Below the pieces are notes generated by a model. That model searched no databases. It was not told where the DNA came from and saw only the letters and a program-made list of their open reading frames with translations. From Rhodosorus marinus CCMP1338 (taxonomy: Eukaryota > Plantae > Rhodophyta): a stretch of 64,000 nucleotides of DNA. Position numbers and translations under genes: made by a program. This document shows, piece after piece, positions 45,992-58,795 of the stretch; the first letter of the stretch is position 1; each line of letters opens with the position of its first letter. The stretch covers positions 744,001 through 808,000 of the forward strand of contig JAMWBK010000012.1 of assembly GCA_029953675.1 (NCBI GenBank), in the 5' to 3' direction.

Positions 45992-48040
45992 ATGGATCGA
46001 AAGAGTGAGAGAGTGTGTTTTCTGCCGGCTATGCCGGTTGGTAATGGTAAGTTTATGGGTCGATCGTTCGTGGCAAGTCGGAAGACCGGGCAGACGCGTG
46101 GCGGAGGTTTGGGGCCTGTGCGGATGCAGATGGAGCCTGGGATGATGAGCTTCAACGGTGCAGAGTTGGACGAGGAGGCTCAGAGTATCTACATGGGATA
46201 CAACTGGGCGCCAGTGAAGAAGGAGTTCATCCTGTGTGAGCTGAAGGGAAAACAGTACGGAAAGATTCCGAAGGAATTTCCTTCGGGAATGTACCTTCGA
46301 AACGGACCGAATCCGCTGCGTGATCCGGATAATCAATACGGATGGTTTGATGGATCGGGGATGATCCATTCGGTCAGGTTTCAGGAGGATGAAGATGGTG
46401 TCCAGCGCGCCTACTACACGAATCGATGGGTCAAAACTGGGTTTATCAAAATATCGGATCTCCTCCAGCGGCCACCGCTCAACGTCACCGTGCAGAAGGG
46501 CATCCTGGGCCTGTTCAAGGTTCTGCTCAACCTCCTCCGAGTCGTCCGCTTCGACGCACAGGAGTACCGATATGATAACTACGCACTGCTGGGCACGGCC
46601 AATACCGCCGTCTCATACTTCCCGCTCAATGACGGAAACGGCAAACGAAATGCCATTCTCGCGCTCTACGACTCGGACGCTCCTTACGAGATCAAATTGA
46701 CGAAGGCAAGGGACCCTATCGTTCAACACACCCTCGGAACCGGCATCTACAATCCGTACGGCCTGGACCATCCCATGACGCCCCATCCACGCTATTCCCC
46801 ACAGACCAAAGAGATGATCTCCTTTGGCGTCGGCATGGACTTTGCAAGAATCATCAGGAAGAGCACACCAGTTCTTTTCATCAACAGTGAGGGTAAAATC
46901 TACCGAAGCACCGAAGTGAGGACGAGGACGTCAGTCTACCAGCACGATTTCGTAGTCACGAGGAACTTTGTGATCATGCAGGACAACCCAAATACTGTAA
47001 ACCCCTTCCGGATGCTTCTGAACCCGTTTGCTGGCACACCGATCTCCTGGAAGGAAGGGAAGAGGACCAGCTTTGTAATGCTTCCGCGAACGTCGCCTGA
47101 CAATCCCGAGAAATCGGAAGGGGCCAAGATCCTGCACGGCGATGAGACTCTCGTCGACAAGACAAAGGAGTTCTTCCTGCCGAAAGGAGAGGAGTGTTTC
47201 GTCTTCCATTACGCCAACGGATGGGAGGAGGGCGACAACAAGGTCGTATTCTACGGGACCCACCACGCGAAGCTGAACCTCGTCCGTTTCAACAGTAAAT
47301 ATCCGCCGCCGAAGGACCTGCTGCCCAAATTCTACCGGTTTGAGCTTGACCTCACGACTGGAACCGCGTCCAAGCAGCTGGTGTTCGGCTCGGAGGACGC
47401 CCTGGTGACAAAGCTTCCCGACCACGTTGACTGTCCCATTGACGACCTGGTTGTGGACTTTTGCAACGCCAGCTTCGAAAAGTCCGGCGAAAAGAGCGAG
47501 TTCCTGTATATGTGCTACACCAAGGCCGTCGTGAACGGAGATGAGTTGATCTCACCCGATGATATCAACAAGGGATGGAGCTTGGGATTCTGGCAGGGGG
47601 TCATCAAGCTCAATACAGCAACCCACGAGGTTCAGGCCATTACATACCCGCGTCTCATGAACGGCGGTGAGGCTATCTTTCAGCCAAAGGTCAACGCGCA
47701 GTCAGAGGACGACGGTTACCTCATTAGCCACGTCACGGCTCTTGAGCCCGCCGATGAGGAAGGTGGAGAAGCAGAGGTAAGACCTATCGGACACGTTGGC
47801 ATTAGCTCGCGGACCTAACAACTGAAACGCCGGTTTCTGCTCTCACAGTACAAGTCGTACATTGCACTGATGGACGCGAAGAACATGAGCGATACGAAGA
47901 GCACGGATGCTGAGTTCGCGGACGGGTTCATCTACTGTGCCCAGCTGCCTGCGAGAGTGCCATGGGGTTTGCACGGACTCTTTCTTTCTGACGAGTTCAT
48001 GTGCAACGAGAGCGACCTGCCGGAGGAGTACATGGAATAG
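45992..48040 (+). CDS. Carotenoid oxygenase (CCD/NCED/RPE65 family) with probable plastid transit peptide; 2 exons, intron 47777-47848
   Basis: GMYLRNGPNP, WFDGSGMIH, MTPHP, YQHDF, FHYANGWEE, GGEAIFQP..EDDGYL, RVPWGLHG (all four Fe-ligand His). An alternative upstream ATG lies at 45896. Confidence 0.92.
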
Positions 48041-48388
48041 AATTTCTAGTTCGCCTTTCGTCTGATGAGGTTGTACATCAGTCGCTTTCAAAAGCTCCAA
48101 TGTTTTAAATGTATTTTTCGGGGTGGAGAGGAAACCTTCCGCTTTCCGGTTTTGGTCACACAAGCAAATGTAGCCAAAGCTTCCAACTGGGCTTGAAGAC
48201 ATAAATCCAACGGGAGGGGGCTCCAGATCCAAGCCCGAACTGCCCAAGTACGCCAAGGAATGCCTGAATCGAAACGATAGGCAAGCCTTTCCCCAAGCCG
48301 GAAGGCACCGGCAGGGCGATGTAGCTGTTGTCTGGGTTCATCAGCCTTTGTGGTGCTTTGAGTCTTGAGAGAGGAAGTTCAGGCGAAG

Positions 48389-48631
48389 ACTAGAGAACAT
48401 GGCGGTGGACAAGGACGCTGGCCATTTGTCTTACAGCTGATCCTAGCTGCAATGCGTTTCTAGCAAAACAGGAGCGGCTCAGCGGCGCTATATCCCCCGA
48501 ATCAGACGCTTACTAGAGAACATGGCGGTGGACATGGACGCTGGCCATTTGTCTTACAGCTGATCCTAGCTGCAATGCGTTTCTAGCAAAACAGGAGCGG
48601 CTCAGCGGCGCTATATCCCCCGAATCAGACG
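48389..48631. repeat. Near-perfect 120-bp tandem duplication (48389-48508, 48512-48631)
   Basis: Copies identical except one A/T change; 3-bp spacer CTT. Confidence 0.95.
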
Positions 48632-48981
48632 GTACATGTCGTCTGGTTATGGCCTTCTTCTTTGACTGGTCTGCGAACCAAGGCATGGGCTACAGCAGCT
48701 TCGACCTGCGTCGATGGGTAGCATCCTACAGAACGAACGGGTGCTCCGCTCGATCCTCCTCGATCGATCCTCCATGACCAGGAAGATCTCCCTTCAACGC
48801 AAGAGCATATACAGATTGCCCATCTCGGGAAGGGTCGTCCTATCTTTCCATCTATCCATCTGTAGGGGGGTTTGTTTTGAGCGAGCTGTGCGTTCTTGCC
48901 CAGCTATGTTTGTCAGCCACAGAAACAGCTCTGAGACCGTAAATCTTTATACTGATGTCCACCACAACGGTGAACTTTCGC

Positions 48982-49230
48982 AGGCAGGAGAGAAAAGGTT
49001 ATGAGCCCAGAGCTAATGACTTGATAGCCAGCTTTGGTACTCACTTGCCAGCCTCAGCTCTGGACTCATAAACCCTTCATCTCCTGCCTACCATACCTAA
49101 TCACGACAGTGAACTATCGCAGAGAGCGGCAGGTTATGAGCCCAGGGCTGATGAACACCTGATAACCAGCTTTGCTACTCAGTTACCAGCCTCAGCTCTG
49201 GACTCATAAACCCTTAGCCTCCCGCCTACC
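48982..49230. repeat. Two tandem ~100-bp units, each with terminal inverted repeats (MITE-like or hairpin)
   Basis: TTATGAGCCCAGAGCT...AGCTCTGGACTCATAA arms; unit 1 arms extend to AGGCAGGAGA/TCTCCTGCCT. Confidence 0.7.
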
Positions 49231-49339
49231 ATAGTTCACAGAAGACAGTTTCTGGAGAAAAAAAACCATAAAAAGCCAGTCACCACCAGCCGACCTTCCA
49301 TTTCCACTTCCAATCACATCACACCCAGCCGTACAACAC

Positions 49340-50550
49340 GAAACCTCCCCACACTAAGTCCATACACGGTCTCCAGCCAGCGCCCAAGGCGCTGGCTATC
49401 GGACAAGAATGAACTGAGTTGTTGTAGTTTTGGCAGATGTAAGAGCACCTAACGCAACCCATACCCTCCCCATCACCCAAGCCCATCAGATAGAACCTGC
49501 GAAAACCCGAAGTCCATCCCGCCCCACCAGCGGCGTCTTCGGTGTGGACTGAGTTGTGGCTATTCGGGAAGCCTTAAGAGCACCCTTACCCCGACTTTAT
49601 TATTGGTTCCATGAACCATCCCCGAAGAAAAAGAAAAACCAACAGCGTTGGTCCATCCTCCCACTCTCCCGCCCGGCGTTTCAGCACTAGCTATCGGAGT
49701 ACGGAGGACTCAGCTGTGGATACTAGGGGAAGTTTGAGAGCCCGATTACCCAACTGCACCCCATAAACCCGTAAACTCTCCCAATCAACCTCCGCAAACC
49801 TCAGTCCATCCTTCCTCTCTCCCACCCACGCCTTCGGCGCTGGCTATCGGATTACGATGGACTCAGCTGTGGCTATCGAGCGATGCTTAGGGTTACAATT
49901 ACCCAACACTACCCCATAAAACCACCCCCGCAAAACCTGCCACCCCCAAAGTCCACCCTCCCGCTCTCCCACCCCGGCGCTGGCTATCGGAGTACGATAG
50001 ACTCAGTTATGGCTATTTTTCGACGCTTAAGATTGCCATTACCCAACACTACCCGATAAAACCTTCTCCAAAACCTCAGCCCAACCTCCCCCACTCCCAC
50101 CCGGCGCCTTCAGCGCGGGTTAACGAAGTCCGATCGACCCAGCTGTGGCTATTTGTCAACGCTTAAGATGCTACCATTACCCAAACAGTGTTGGATAATC
50201 CTAAAAATTTTATGGGGTAGTCCCCATCAAAACTCCCCCAAACCCCCAAGTCCAACCTCGCGCGCACTCCCACCCGGCCGCAGCCCTTCAGCGCGGGCTA
50301 TCGGCATCCGATCGACCCAGCTGTGGCTTATTTGTCGACCCTCAAGATTGCTATCCAATACTCAAATAGTGTTGGATAATCCTGATTCGTGGGGTAGTAC
50401 CCATAAAAACTCCCCCAAAACCCCAAGTCCAACCTCGCGCGCACTCCCACCCGCCCCAGCCCTTCACGCGCGGGCTCTCGGAGCACGATGCACTCAGCTC
50501 CGGCTATTTGTCGACCCTCAAGATCTCTTAACCATTACCAAACACTAGTT
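49340..50550. repeat. Degenerate satellite-like array, 8 units of ~135-180 bp
   Basis: Anchor GAC(T/C)CAGCTGTGGCTAT-like at ~49412, 49547, 49707, 49860, 50000, 50136, 50314 and 50491; C-rich top strand; no consistent ORF. Confidence 0.85.
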
Positions 50551-51149
50551 GGGTACCCTCTTATACCCCCCTCCCCACTCTGCCAACTCCTACCGACTCC
50601 ATCCTGCCAAACCTCCTCATCCAAAAAAAAAACCTCGATATCTAAATCGCTCCTCATATTTAATTAAAACATCTTACCCCTCTCTAAAAAGAAACAAAAA
50701 CAATCCGCCTCCTCTCTCTCTAAAATAATAAATTTTTGATAGAGGGTAGACTATTGAATACATCTAGAAAATTAATATGTTTTGTCGTGTGTCTCTTTGA
50801 AATGCTTCTAAAAAACTTGTCCGGTGGCTCGTCCGGTATGTAACTCCTGAAATTCAATCAAAGGTTAGTCTAATAATCAATCATTTGTGATAGTGATGTT
50901 GAATTATGATTCTTTTTGGGTATGACAAGCTGTCGCTTTTGTGTATTTGAATTATGAGTATTTTAAGTTCGACAGGCTGTCATGGACGAATCTGATGTCG
51001 TTGGGGGGAGTGAATGATGTTGGAAAGTGTTGCGCTGCTAAGAGGGCCATGCCCCAGACAGGACAAGTGGCTATACTAGATGCGAGCTACTCTGAGAGGA
51101 TACTGTGCTACTGAGGATGCATGGTGCCCGTCTCAAACAACAATGGGGC

Positions 51150-51425
51150 GTTTATTTCCCCTTCGTAGACGTTTGCCGTGTCTCAGAGAGCCGGGGTTTT
51201 GCGTAAAAGTGTGCCATAACGTGGCTGGGCGTTAACGGAGGCAGTCTTTGCAGCCAGGCAGCTTCCACCTATCCATCAAGAATCCCGGAACGGCTCAATC
51301 ACGAAAGGGACGAAGACCATGCGTCATGACCGCTGTGCGATTCCCGAGGCTGCAGGAGCGTTAGGCACTTCTCAACACTCGTCCCTAGATGCAAAAACTC
51401 CGGACAAAAACACTCCCCCCCGCGA
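51150..51425 (-). mobile_element. Possible RLE-LINE relic
   Basis: MVFVPFVIEPF motif; 51385-51425 resembles 44445-44480. Confidence 0.35.
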
Positions 51426-52089
51426 AGAAGAAGATTGAAATACAATCAATATAACTCATTGATTGAGTAATATCGGACGTTTTATTCTATCGATATCGAA
51501 CAGTTATCAGACGAATAGCATTTAATTTGTTTCTAATTCAGGTCTAATAAATTTATATCAGACGCGACCAACAAAAATTAAATATCATAAATTATTAATA
51601 AATTAAGATACAACCAACCTTAATCTGACGTCGGATATAAATATTGAATATAATCGGACAGTCATTTTGTCTGGCCGATATGACAACCTTATTTTAGATG
51701 ATATTTGATGGGGGGTAAAATAATTATTAATATTTTTCTTTGGCAATCTCGTTGGGATCCAACCCAACCCGATGGAGGTGGGGGGGAAAGGGTTTAGGTT
51801 GGGATTTGGAGGAGGATTGGAGAGGGTTGGAGAGGTTGTTTTGAAGAAGCTGGGTGGTAAGATGGAAGAACTTGGATTTCTGAATCTTTTGATTCACCAG
51901 GAGGTGATTTGTGAGATTCCTGGGTCGTTGAGGAAGTGGGTGAGGAGGTCGGAGTGGCGGTATCGATCGAGGGGTGGGGTGAGGTTGGGGGTGAATTTTG
52001 GAGATTGGAAAGGTGAGAAGGGGTCGGATAGAAATGATGAGGTTGAGAAGATATCTAGCCCGAGAAAATGGACCAGTACGCAGAGAACT

Positions 52090-53086
52090 ATGGTTCCTTT
52101 CCTGCTTGGTAAGGAGGTGGAGATCGACCCCTCCCCCCCCCTTCCCCCGCGCAAGAGCTTAACGTCTGACTGGCTTTGTTTTTCTCGGTCACAGTTACTA
52201 TCGCAGGAATGGTTTTATCGGCGAAGCTCATGTCGAGTTCAGAGTACGCTATCGAAATACAAATCCTTCACAACAACTCCGCCATTCTCAGAGTGCTTTT
52301 CGCTGCTTTTGTTTGGTAGGTGGAGCAGTCGTATCCTGAACTGTGCTGATGATTTCGGGGTAGCGAGGACCGCTTCGCTCCTCTTCGCGCTCAACTTTGT
52401 CGCAAGCTCAATTCCCATTGGTAGCACCAGTAACTTTGTAACCCTGACTGGTCTAATTCTGGGACCCTACTACGGATTCTGGGTCGCCTTCCTGGCCAAA
52501 TTTAGCGCCGCAATGGTTATCTTCGCCTTCGGGAGAACGTTTCTCAGAGACTTCGTCCGTAGACAGCTCAAGGGCTACCCAAGCAGCGAGAAGGTAACGC
52601 CCACTCAAGCCTTGCCCTTGCGGTTCTTCTCTAAAAACCGGATTCCTTTTCTCGCTGATCACAGATCCTCATCGCAGCAGAAATGGAAGGCTGGCCAGTA
52701 CTCATAGCTCTAAGACTATCTCCCGTACCGACTGTACTCATCAACTACGTGATGAGCTTAGCCGATGTGAATCTCAGGGTCTACTTCTTCTCCACAGCCG
52801 CCGGAATGGTGCCGTTTCTACTTCGGTAAGCAACCGCATTCCAATAATCCACAGCAGCAAAACAACAGAATGCTCAGGCTCATCCTGGCTCGCTCTTCTA
52901 CTGTCACACAATACCACCAGCGCAATCCTGTTCGGGGCAGCTGCTCGTAGAGTAACAGATCCAAACATCGACTTTAAAGTCACGATGATTTGGTTAGTGG
53001 TCGCAGTCTTCGTTACCGTCGTCCTCGGCAGAGTCGCAACCAGAGCGAAAGCTATGATTGAACGCGTAGAACCACCAGCTGAGTGA
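52090..53086 (+). CDS. VTT-domain (SNARE-associated Golgi protein, TVP38/TMEM64 family) membrane protein; multi-exon, start uncertain
   Basis: TLTGLILGPYYGFWVAFLAKFSAAMVIFAFGRTFLRDFV; after splicing LIALRLSPVPTVLINYVMSL..YFFSTAAGMVP. Confidence 0.75.
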
Positions 53087-54228
53087 CATTTTGCCTGCCT
53101 GTGTGTACAAAGTCGGATCGCTCGGCATGCCCCCCCTGCCAGGGCGATGCTGGTCAAGCAGGATCAGAGTGAAGAAGACGCAAGTTTGTATAACTGAAGC
53201 TGCGTGTTATAAGATAGATAAGTAGGACTGCTTGTATGTAAAGAAATCGCTGTTAGTTTTGTTGTTGCTGGAGGGTAGTGTAGGCTATCTGGGTCAAGGT
53301 GGATTCTCAAGCTCAGGAGAGCTTAGGACGTGCTGGCTCTGGCGCTGGGAGAGACGGGAGGGATAGTCCCCTCTGACAAAAGGTCGTTTTGCGATTCGAG
53401 CCTTGCCCCCATGGAAGCGATAGTGCTATCGTCTCTGTGAACCAGCTGACCCAACTCAAAAGTTTTGTAAAGCGATCCGAACATTCAGTTCGTGCTCGTG
53501 CCCTCGCGGGCGGGGTGCCGGTATGTCATCGACGTACTGGACAGCCTGATGCGCCAGTTTTGTCTACTGTATGTTGACATTAGACTGATACATTTCAAGC
53601 CCCCGCGAGCCCAGCAAGAGGTGGATGTGGGGAGAATAGCAGGACGCTTGAAGGGGCATAGACCGGCACAAAATGGTCTCCTTGTGTACGAACAAAGGGG
53701 TAGTTCGGTAAGTAAAGACTCTGAGACTGTCGGTGGTAGAGTAACGCTAAAGAGACAACCAGCTTTTGCTGGTTCACAGAGGCGTTTTAGCTTTGAAGGT
53801 CGATCGGGCCAGTGCAGGTGAGATCTAGTCACACCGGCCGCCACGGACTGGCCAAAGGCGCATGAATTGGGAAGATTTTGAGAACCAGAAGTCATTGCTA
53901 CAACCTCACATCGCTCAGACTGCCATTCCCAAGGCATCCACCAACCCCAAACCCCAAACCTAAACAGTGCCCTTCTACCGTTCCATAATATATGCACCAA
54001 TGCTACTAGGTCAACGTACTACTATTGATAAAAATTACATTTATTAACCATTTCTAGGAACTCACAAACTGAATCCAATGCTCTTCGCTGTACTATTGCT
54101 ATTATTTTTGATCGTGTGTATGTCATGGTGTTTCTAGGGTGGGTAGTGTGCATAAATTTCGGAACGGTTGGAATACTTCCCGCGAACACGATGAGATGGG
54201 CTTGGATCGGTTTATTGATCCATAGCAA

Positions 54229-55741
54229 ATGGATGTGGACGCGAGGAGGCTCTGGGACGAAGAGAGGGTCAGTTAGTTAACATTCTCAGGAGAATAATCC
54301 GAAACTTCTGGTCGGTTTGTTGTAACAAGTTCTGTGAGCTTTTCGTTGTGGGACAATGTCTCCATCCTCTAGGCCGGCGAAGAAGGCGAAGGTAGGCGGG
54401 TTTCGGAGTTGTGGTGCCCCTCTGCTCGATCTTTTGAGGTCATAACTGAGTGGCTGTTTTCTTTCCGAAAAACCCAAAAAAACAAGGTGGATGGAACAGA
54501 GCAAAAACCGACGCTGAAGAGCTCAGCGAACGAGTGTATTTATATCAAATGCTGCCGATCGCAGAAGGACTTTTACAGCGACAGCGAAGCGCTGTGGTAC
54601 AAGCCCAAGTTTGTAAACCAGATCTTTGAGAACGAGGAGATTCATGGATACGAGGACTTGAAAGTCACCATCTACTTTGCTTCGAATTCTGTGATGTACT
54701 TCCTGAGAATCGTCTTCTCCCGGAAGGAGCGCGGCGCGACGGACATTGACGCCGCCCTCGCGCCTCACATCGGGATGGCGCTTTGTAAAACTGAAGAGGA
54801 GTTTCTCAAGGTCTGTGAGAAGCAATTCGTTCCCACAATCCGCGATCCCGTTTGCAGCTACTCCGAATTCCGAATCTACAAAATGCACCTCGATTCGGCC
54901 AAGGAACTGACTGAAGACGGCACCACCATCAAAGACTACCACCGAAGAATACAGTTCCACGCCCTGGTGAACATCGACGGCGCCTCTTACATCGACGAAG
55001 CTGATCCGAAGTGGGAGATCTACATCATCTTCGAAGCAGCGAAGGGCTTACCAAACTACCACTTCATCGGGTACGCAACCATGTATCCATTTCTGGGACT
55101 TAAGAACAGCTCCCTAAAGGAAGGATTCTTGGAGCGGATACGAATCAGTCAGGTTCTAGTACTACCACAGTACCAGAGCAAAGGTGAGTCGTCTTTTGCC
55201 ATGCTCCCGCATCCTGATCGCTGCCGTGCTGATCATACCCCACCTTCCGACACCATTTCCAGGTCACGGGTCCAAGCTTCTCGACACATTGTACAAAGAG
55301 TGTCTATGTCGAAAATGCTTGGAGATCACCGTTGAGGATCCGTCGGAAAGCTTTCGAGTGCTCCGGGATTCCCAGGATCTTCAGAATTGTATAGAACAGA
55401 AAATTCTTCGTGAGGTGCCGCCCCCCGGGCAGCCCGCGCAGAAGAGCGAGATCGAGGTCGTCCAGGATAAGACGCGGATCACGGCCAACCAGGTCGTGCG
55501 CTGCTACGAGATGAACATGCTGAGGAACATTGAGGCCGATGACGAGCTCAACAAGAGAAAGTTAAGGCTCATGGTGAAGCGAAGGCTCTATGTACAAATG
55601 GCCGACGTTTTAGGAACCTTCGCCCCGGAGGCAAAGAAGATTAAGCTCGCTGAGCTTTACGACGATCTGGAGCAGGAGTACCTTACTGTGCTCAGGGTTC
55701 TCAACAAGAGGGGTATTCCGTGTGCATACTTGGGCGCTTGA
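54229..55741 (+). CDS. HAT1: Histone acetyltransferase type B catalytic subunit; multi-exon, start approximate
   Basis: SSANECI, FENEEIHGYEDLKV, IDGASYIDEADPKW, FIGYATMYPF, RIRISQVLVLPQYQSKGHGSKL, EITVEDPSESF..LRD. Confidence 0.93.
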
Positions 55742-55976
55742 AGGAGCGAAAAAGACAATACCTCTATAGCGCTTAAGATCCTTGAGTAACCATCGCCATG
55801 CTACACTGGGACGTGTCCTCAATCAGAACTTGGAGAAGTAGCCGCGTTGATATTCTAATGAACCGTTGCCTCTTTTACTAGCAATGTGGTCGGGTTCTCT
55901 CTTCCTGGTCTTCTTTTTCGGGTTTTCCGTACTTTTGTTTTTCCTTACAACACTGTTTACACAAATTAATAACAAG

Positions 55977-57308
55977 CTAAAACTCTGCCTCCAACGAAAA
56001 CACCTGCGCGGTCCTCTCGCTTGTCACCCCAGCCTTCTGGTACTCGCCCACTCTCTTCTCGAAAAAGTTGGTCTTGCCCTCCAGGGAGATCATCTCCATC
56101 CAGTCGAACGGATTCGTTGAGTTAAAAAGCTTACGATAGCCCAGCGCGACCAAAAGCCGGTCCGCAACAAACTCGATGTACTGGCTCATGAGCTTGTTGT
56201 TCATCCCGATCAGGTCAACCGGCAGGGACTCGCACACAAATTGTTTCTCACACTTCACGGCGTCGATAAAGATCTGCAAACCACATGAAAAGGAGTGGAT
56301 TAGCTTCTTCCCGTCAAAAATTGGAAGTGCCAGCGTGTCGCTTACGTCGTGAATCCTAGACTCTGCGATTCTGTCCTCCTGAGGAACCATGCTGTAAAGC
56401 AGACACGCGAAATCACAGTGCAAACCCTCATCACGAGCGATGAGTTCGTTGGAGAATGTCAGACCAGGCATGAGCCCACGCTTCTTAAGCCAAAAGATCG
56501 CACAGAAGGATCCACTGAAGAAGATCCCTTCCACGGCAGCGAACGCAACTATCCGTTCGAGGAAAGAGTCGCTCGAGTCAATCCACTGGATTGCCCAGTT
56601 CGCCTTCTTCTTGATGCATTCGACCTAACCAATGAAACACGGATCTATGGTAAGCGCGCCAAGTTCAAGCCAGACTGCAGACGAGCCATCTAGAAAATGT
56701 ACTGACCTCCTCCATCGCGCGGAAAAGGCGCGTTTTCTCTTCTGGGTCCTTTATGTAAGTATCAATCAGCAGAGAATATGTCTCAGAATGAATGTTCTCC
56801 ATCATCATCTGGAACCCATAGAAACAGCGTGCCTCCGGGAGTTCAACTTCAGTGGCAAAGTGCTGGGCAAGGTTCTCCAGGACAATTCCATCAGAAGCGG
56901 AGAAAAATGCTAGAACGTTGGAGACAAAATGCTTCTCCCCGGGGTTGAGGCTCTCCCAGTGGGCGATATCTCCCTCCAGGTCAATTTCCTCAGCGGTCCA
57001 GAACGACGCCTACAGGTATAGATAATCAACCGCACAGGTCAGAACCCAAATGGACGCGCGGACGCGTCCAATTACGAAGTGGATCCATCCTAAAATACCT
57101 CATGCTTTTTGTACATATCCCAAATCGGTTTGTGCTTAATCGGGAACAGGGTGTACCTCTCCGAATTCTCCGCCTTGAAAATCTCCGGAACCCTGACAAT
57201 TCTCTTCGTTTCCTCAACAACATCATCCTTCCCGTCGCTCATGTTTTCATCACTCATTTTCTCCAGATCGTGACCTTTAGTCAACAGAATATCAACCGGC
57301 GGTGCCAT
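55977..57308 (-). CDS. RNR2: Ribonucleoside-diphosphate reductase small (R2) subunit; multi-exon
   Basis: [90 protein letters not shown]. Confidence 0.97.
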
Positions 57309-58419
57309 CTCCGTAGCTCAGACAAAAACCAACCAAAAGACAAAAACACAAAAAAACACCAAACTAACAAGGTCGGGACAGAAATTGAGAGAGAAACAGA
57401 GAAAAAAAAAGGGCCAGGGTCCTCTACCACTCAGCCTTGAATCGGTTCTACCTTGCTTAATAGTCGAACCTTTCCTAATCTCCCAAAAACTCTCCCTCCT
57501 CCCCTCCTCCCAACAAAAAGTATCCTTAATCCTCACCTCCCTCCCTTCCCACACCCAACTCAACTCCTTCGCTCCTTTTAAGTACTCAAAACTCTTTTGC
57601 TCCGACCCGGCGAATGTTACCACCCAAAAACCCGAAAAAAATTCCTCCCGTAACAATGGCTTCCCTCACTTTTTGGCCAACAAAAAACTACCTAAAAACT
57701 TATACAAGACCAGACCTGTTCTAATGCTATCTTCGTTTGGCACAAGAAAAACAGGACAAGATTTCCGGGCCAGAAAATTATTACACAACCAATGTTCTCT
57801 CAGGGAGAGATATGTATGTTGTTCTACATCCAATTAAACTTCTTCCCGGTGATATCTACAACCAATCAAAGTTTCTTATCTGGTTCGTCCAATATTTTTG
57901 GCGGTTTACACCCTATTACGGATCTCACCCTTTCCCGGATTAATCTTACCTTTTTCTGTTGTATTTTAGACCATCGACAAACGCGGGAATTTATATCCCT
58001 CGTTACTTCTTCTGAATTCAATAAAACGTGCTGGTCGCGAGGGAGAGTAGATTTTTAATTGCTGGTTTATTGTCACCAAGCCTCGTGGTCAGGATGAAGT
58101 TGTAGTTATGTAAAATAGTTTAATTAACAACTATTTTGGACGGGAGTGATGGTGACGTATAGATTCGTTGTTGCGGTCGTTATTGGAAATATCGATCCGG
58201 AAGCGGGAACATGATGACTGATGGAGAGCTTCTCTGGATAGGTTTGTGAAAGACAGACTGTGCGAAATGGAAGAGTGAGGTGGGCCTTCGTGCATCCCAG
58301 TCAGTTCTGGAAGAAGACTGTGTGTGTGGCAGCTGGATGTTGCATCCATTGCACTTAGCCTAGTACTGTTTCCTTGAGGGTTCACAGGGGTTGTGTACCC
58401 TGTGGATTGAGAGTTGGGG

Positions 58420-58795
58420 AATCGTCGCGAGCAGCAGGAGCTTCGTTTATCGTGATGAAAAATAGATCATCTGCAGGCGAATTGAGAAGCTGGGAAACCT
58501 TGGCTTAGCATCAAGCGCGTCCAACGTGGGATTATTCAGTCGTCGGAAGTTGCCAAGGTCATGGATTAAAGTGCTTCGTGGAACCCAGCCGCGTCGAGGG
58601 ATCGTATTGTTTACTTGATGGTTTACATGGGTTCTGCATCCGCGTGTGAACGTCGCGAACAGCAGGTGCCTCGTTTATATCGAGGAAAAAAACAGATCAT
58701 CTGCAGGCGAATTGAGAAACTGGGAAACCTTGGCTTGGCAACAAGCGCAACCAACATGCGATCGTTGAGTCGTCGAAGTTATTCTGGTCATGGAC
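58420..58795. repeat. Diverged direct duplication of ~150 bp (period ~230 bp), possibly a LINE RT relic
   Basis: Both copies contain AGATCATCTGCAGGCGAATTGAGAA.CTGGGAAACCTTGGCTT.GCA and translate to ICRRIEKLGNLGLA. Confidence 0.8.

Noticed and set aside
46931-47425. Antisense ORFs within CCD (and similarly within HAT1 54523-54960 and RPA1 19972-20412)
   Set aside because: Shadow frames of recognised genes with no independent motifs.
53389-54000. Several overlapping 60-170 codon ORFs
   Set aside because: No recognisable family; only faint integrase-like hints.
18300-57308. Apparent S-phase gene cluster (RPA1, HAT1, RNR2, RFTS protein)
   Set aside because: The genes are spread over ~50 kb among unrelated genes, with no convincing shared motif; chance in a gene-dense genome is sufficient.
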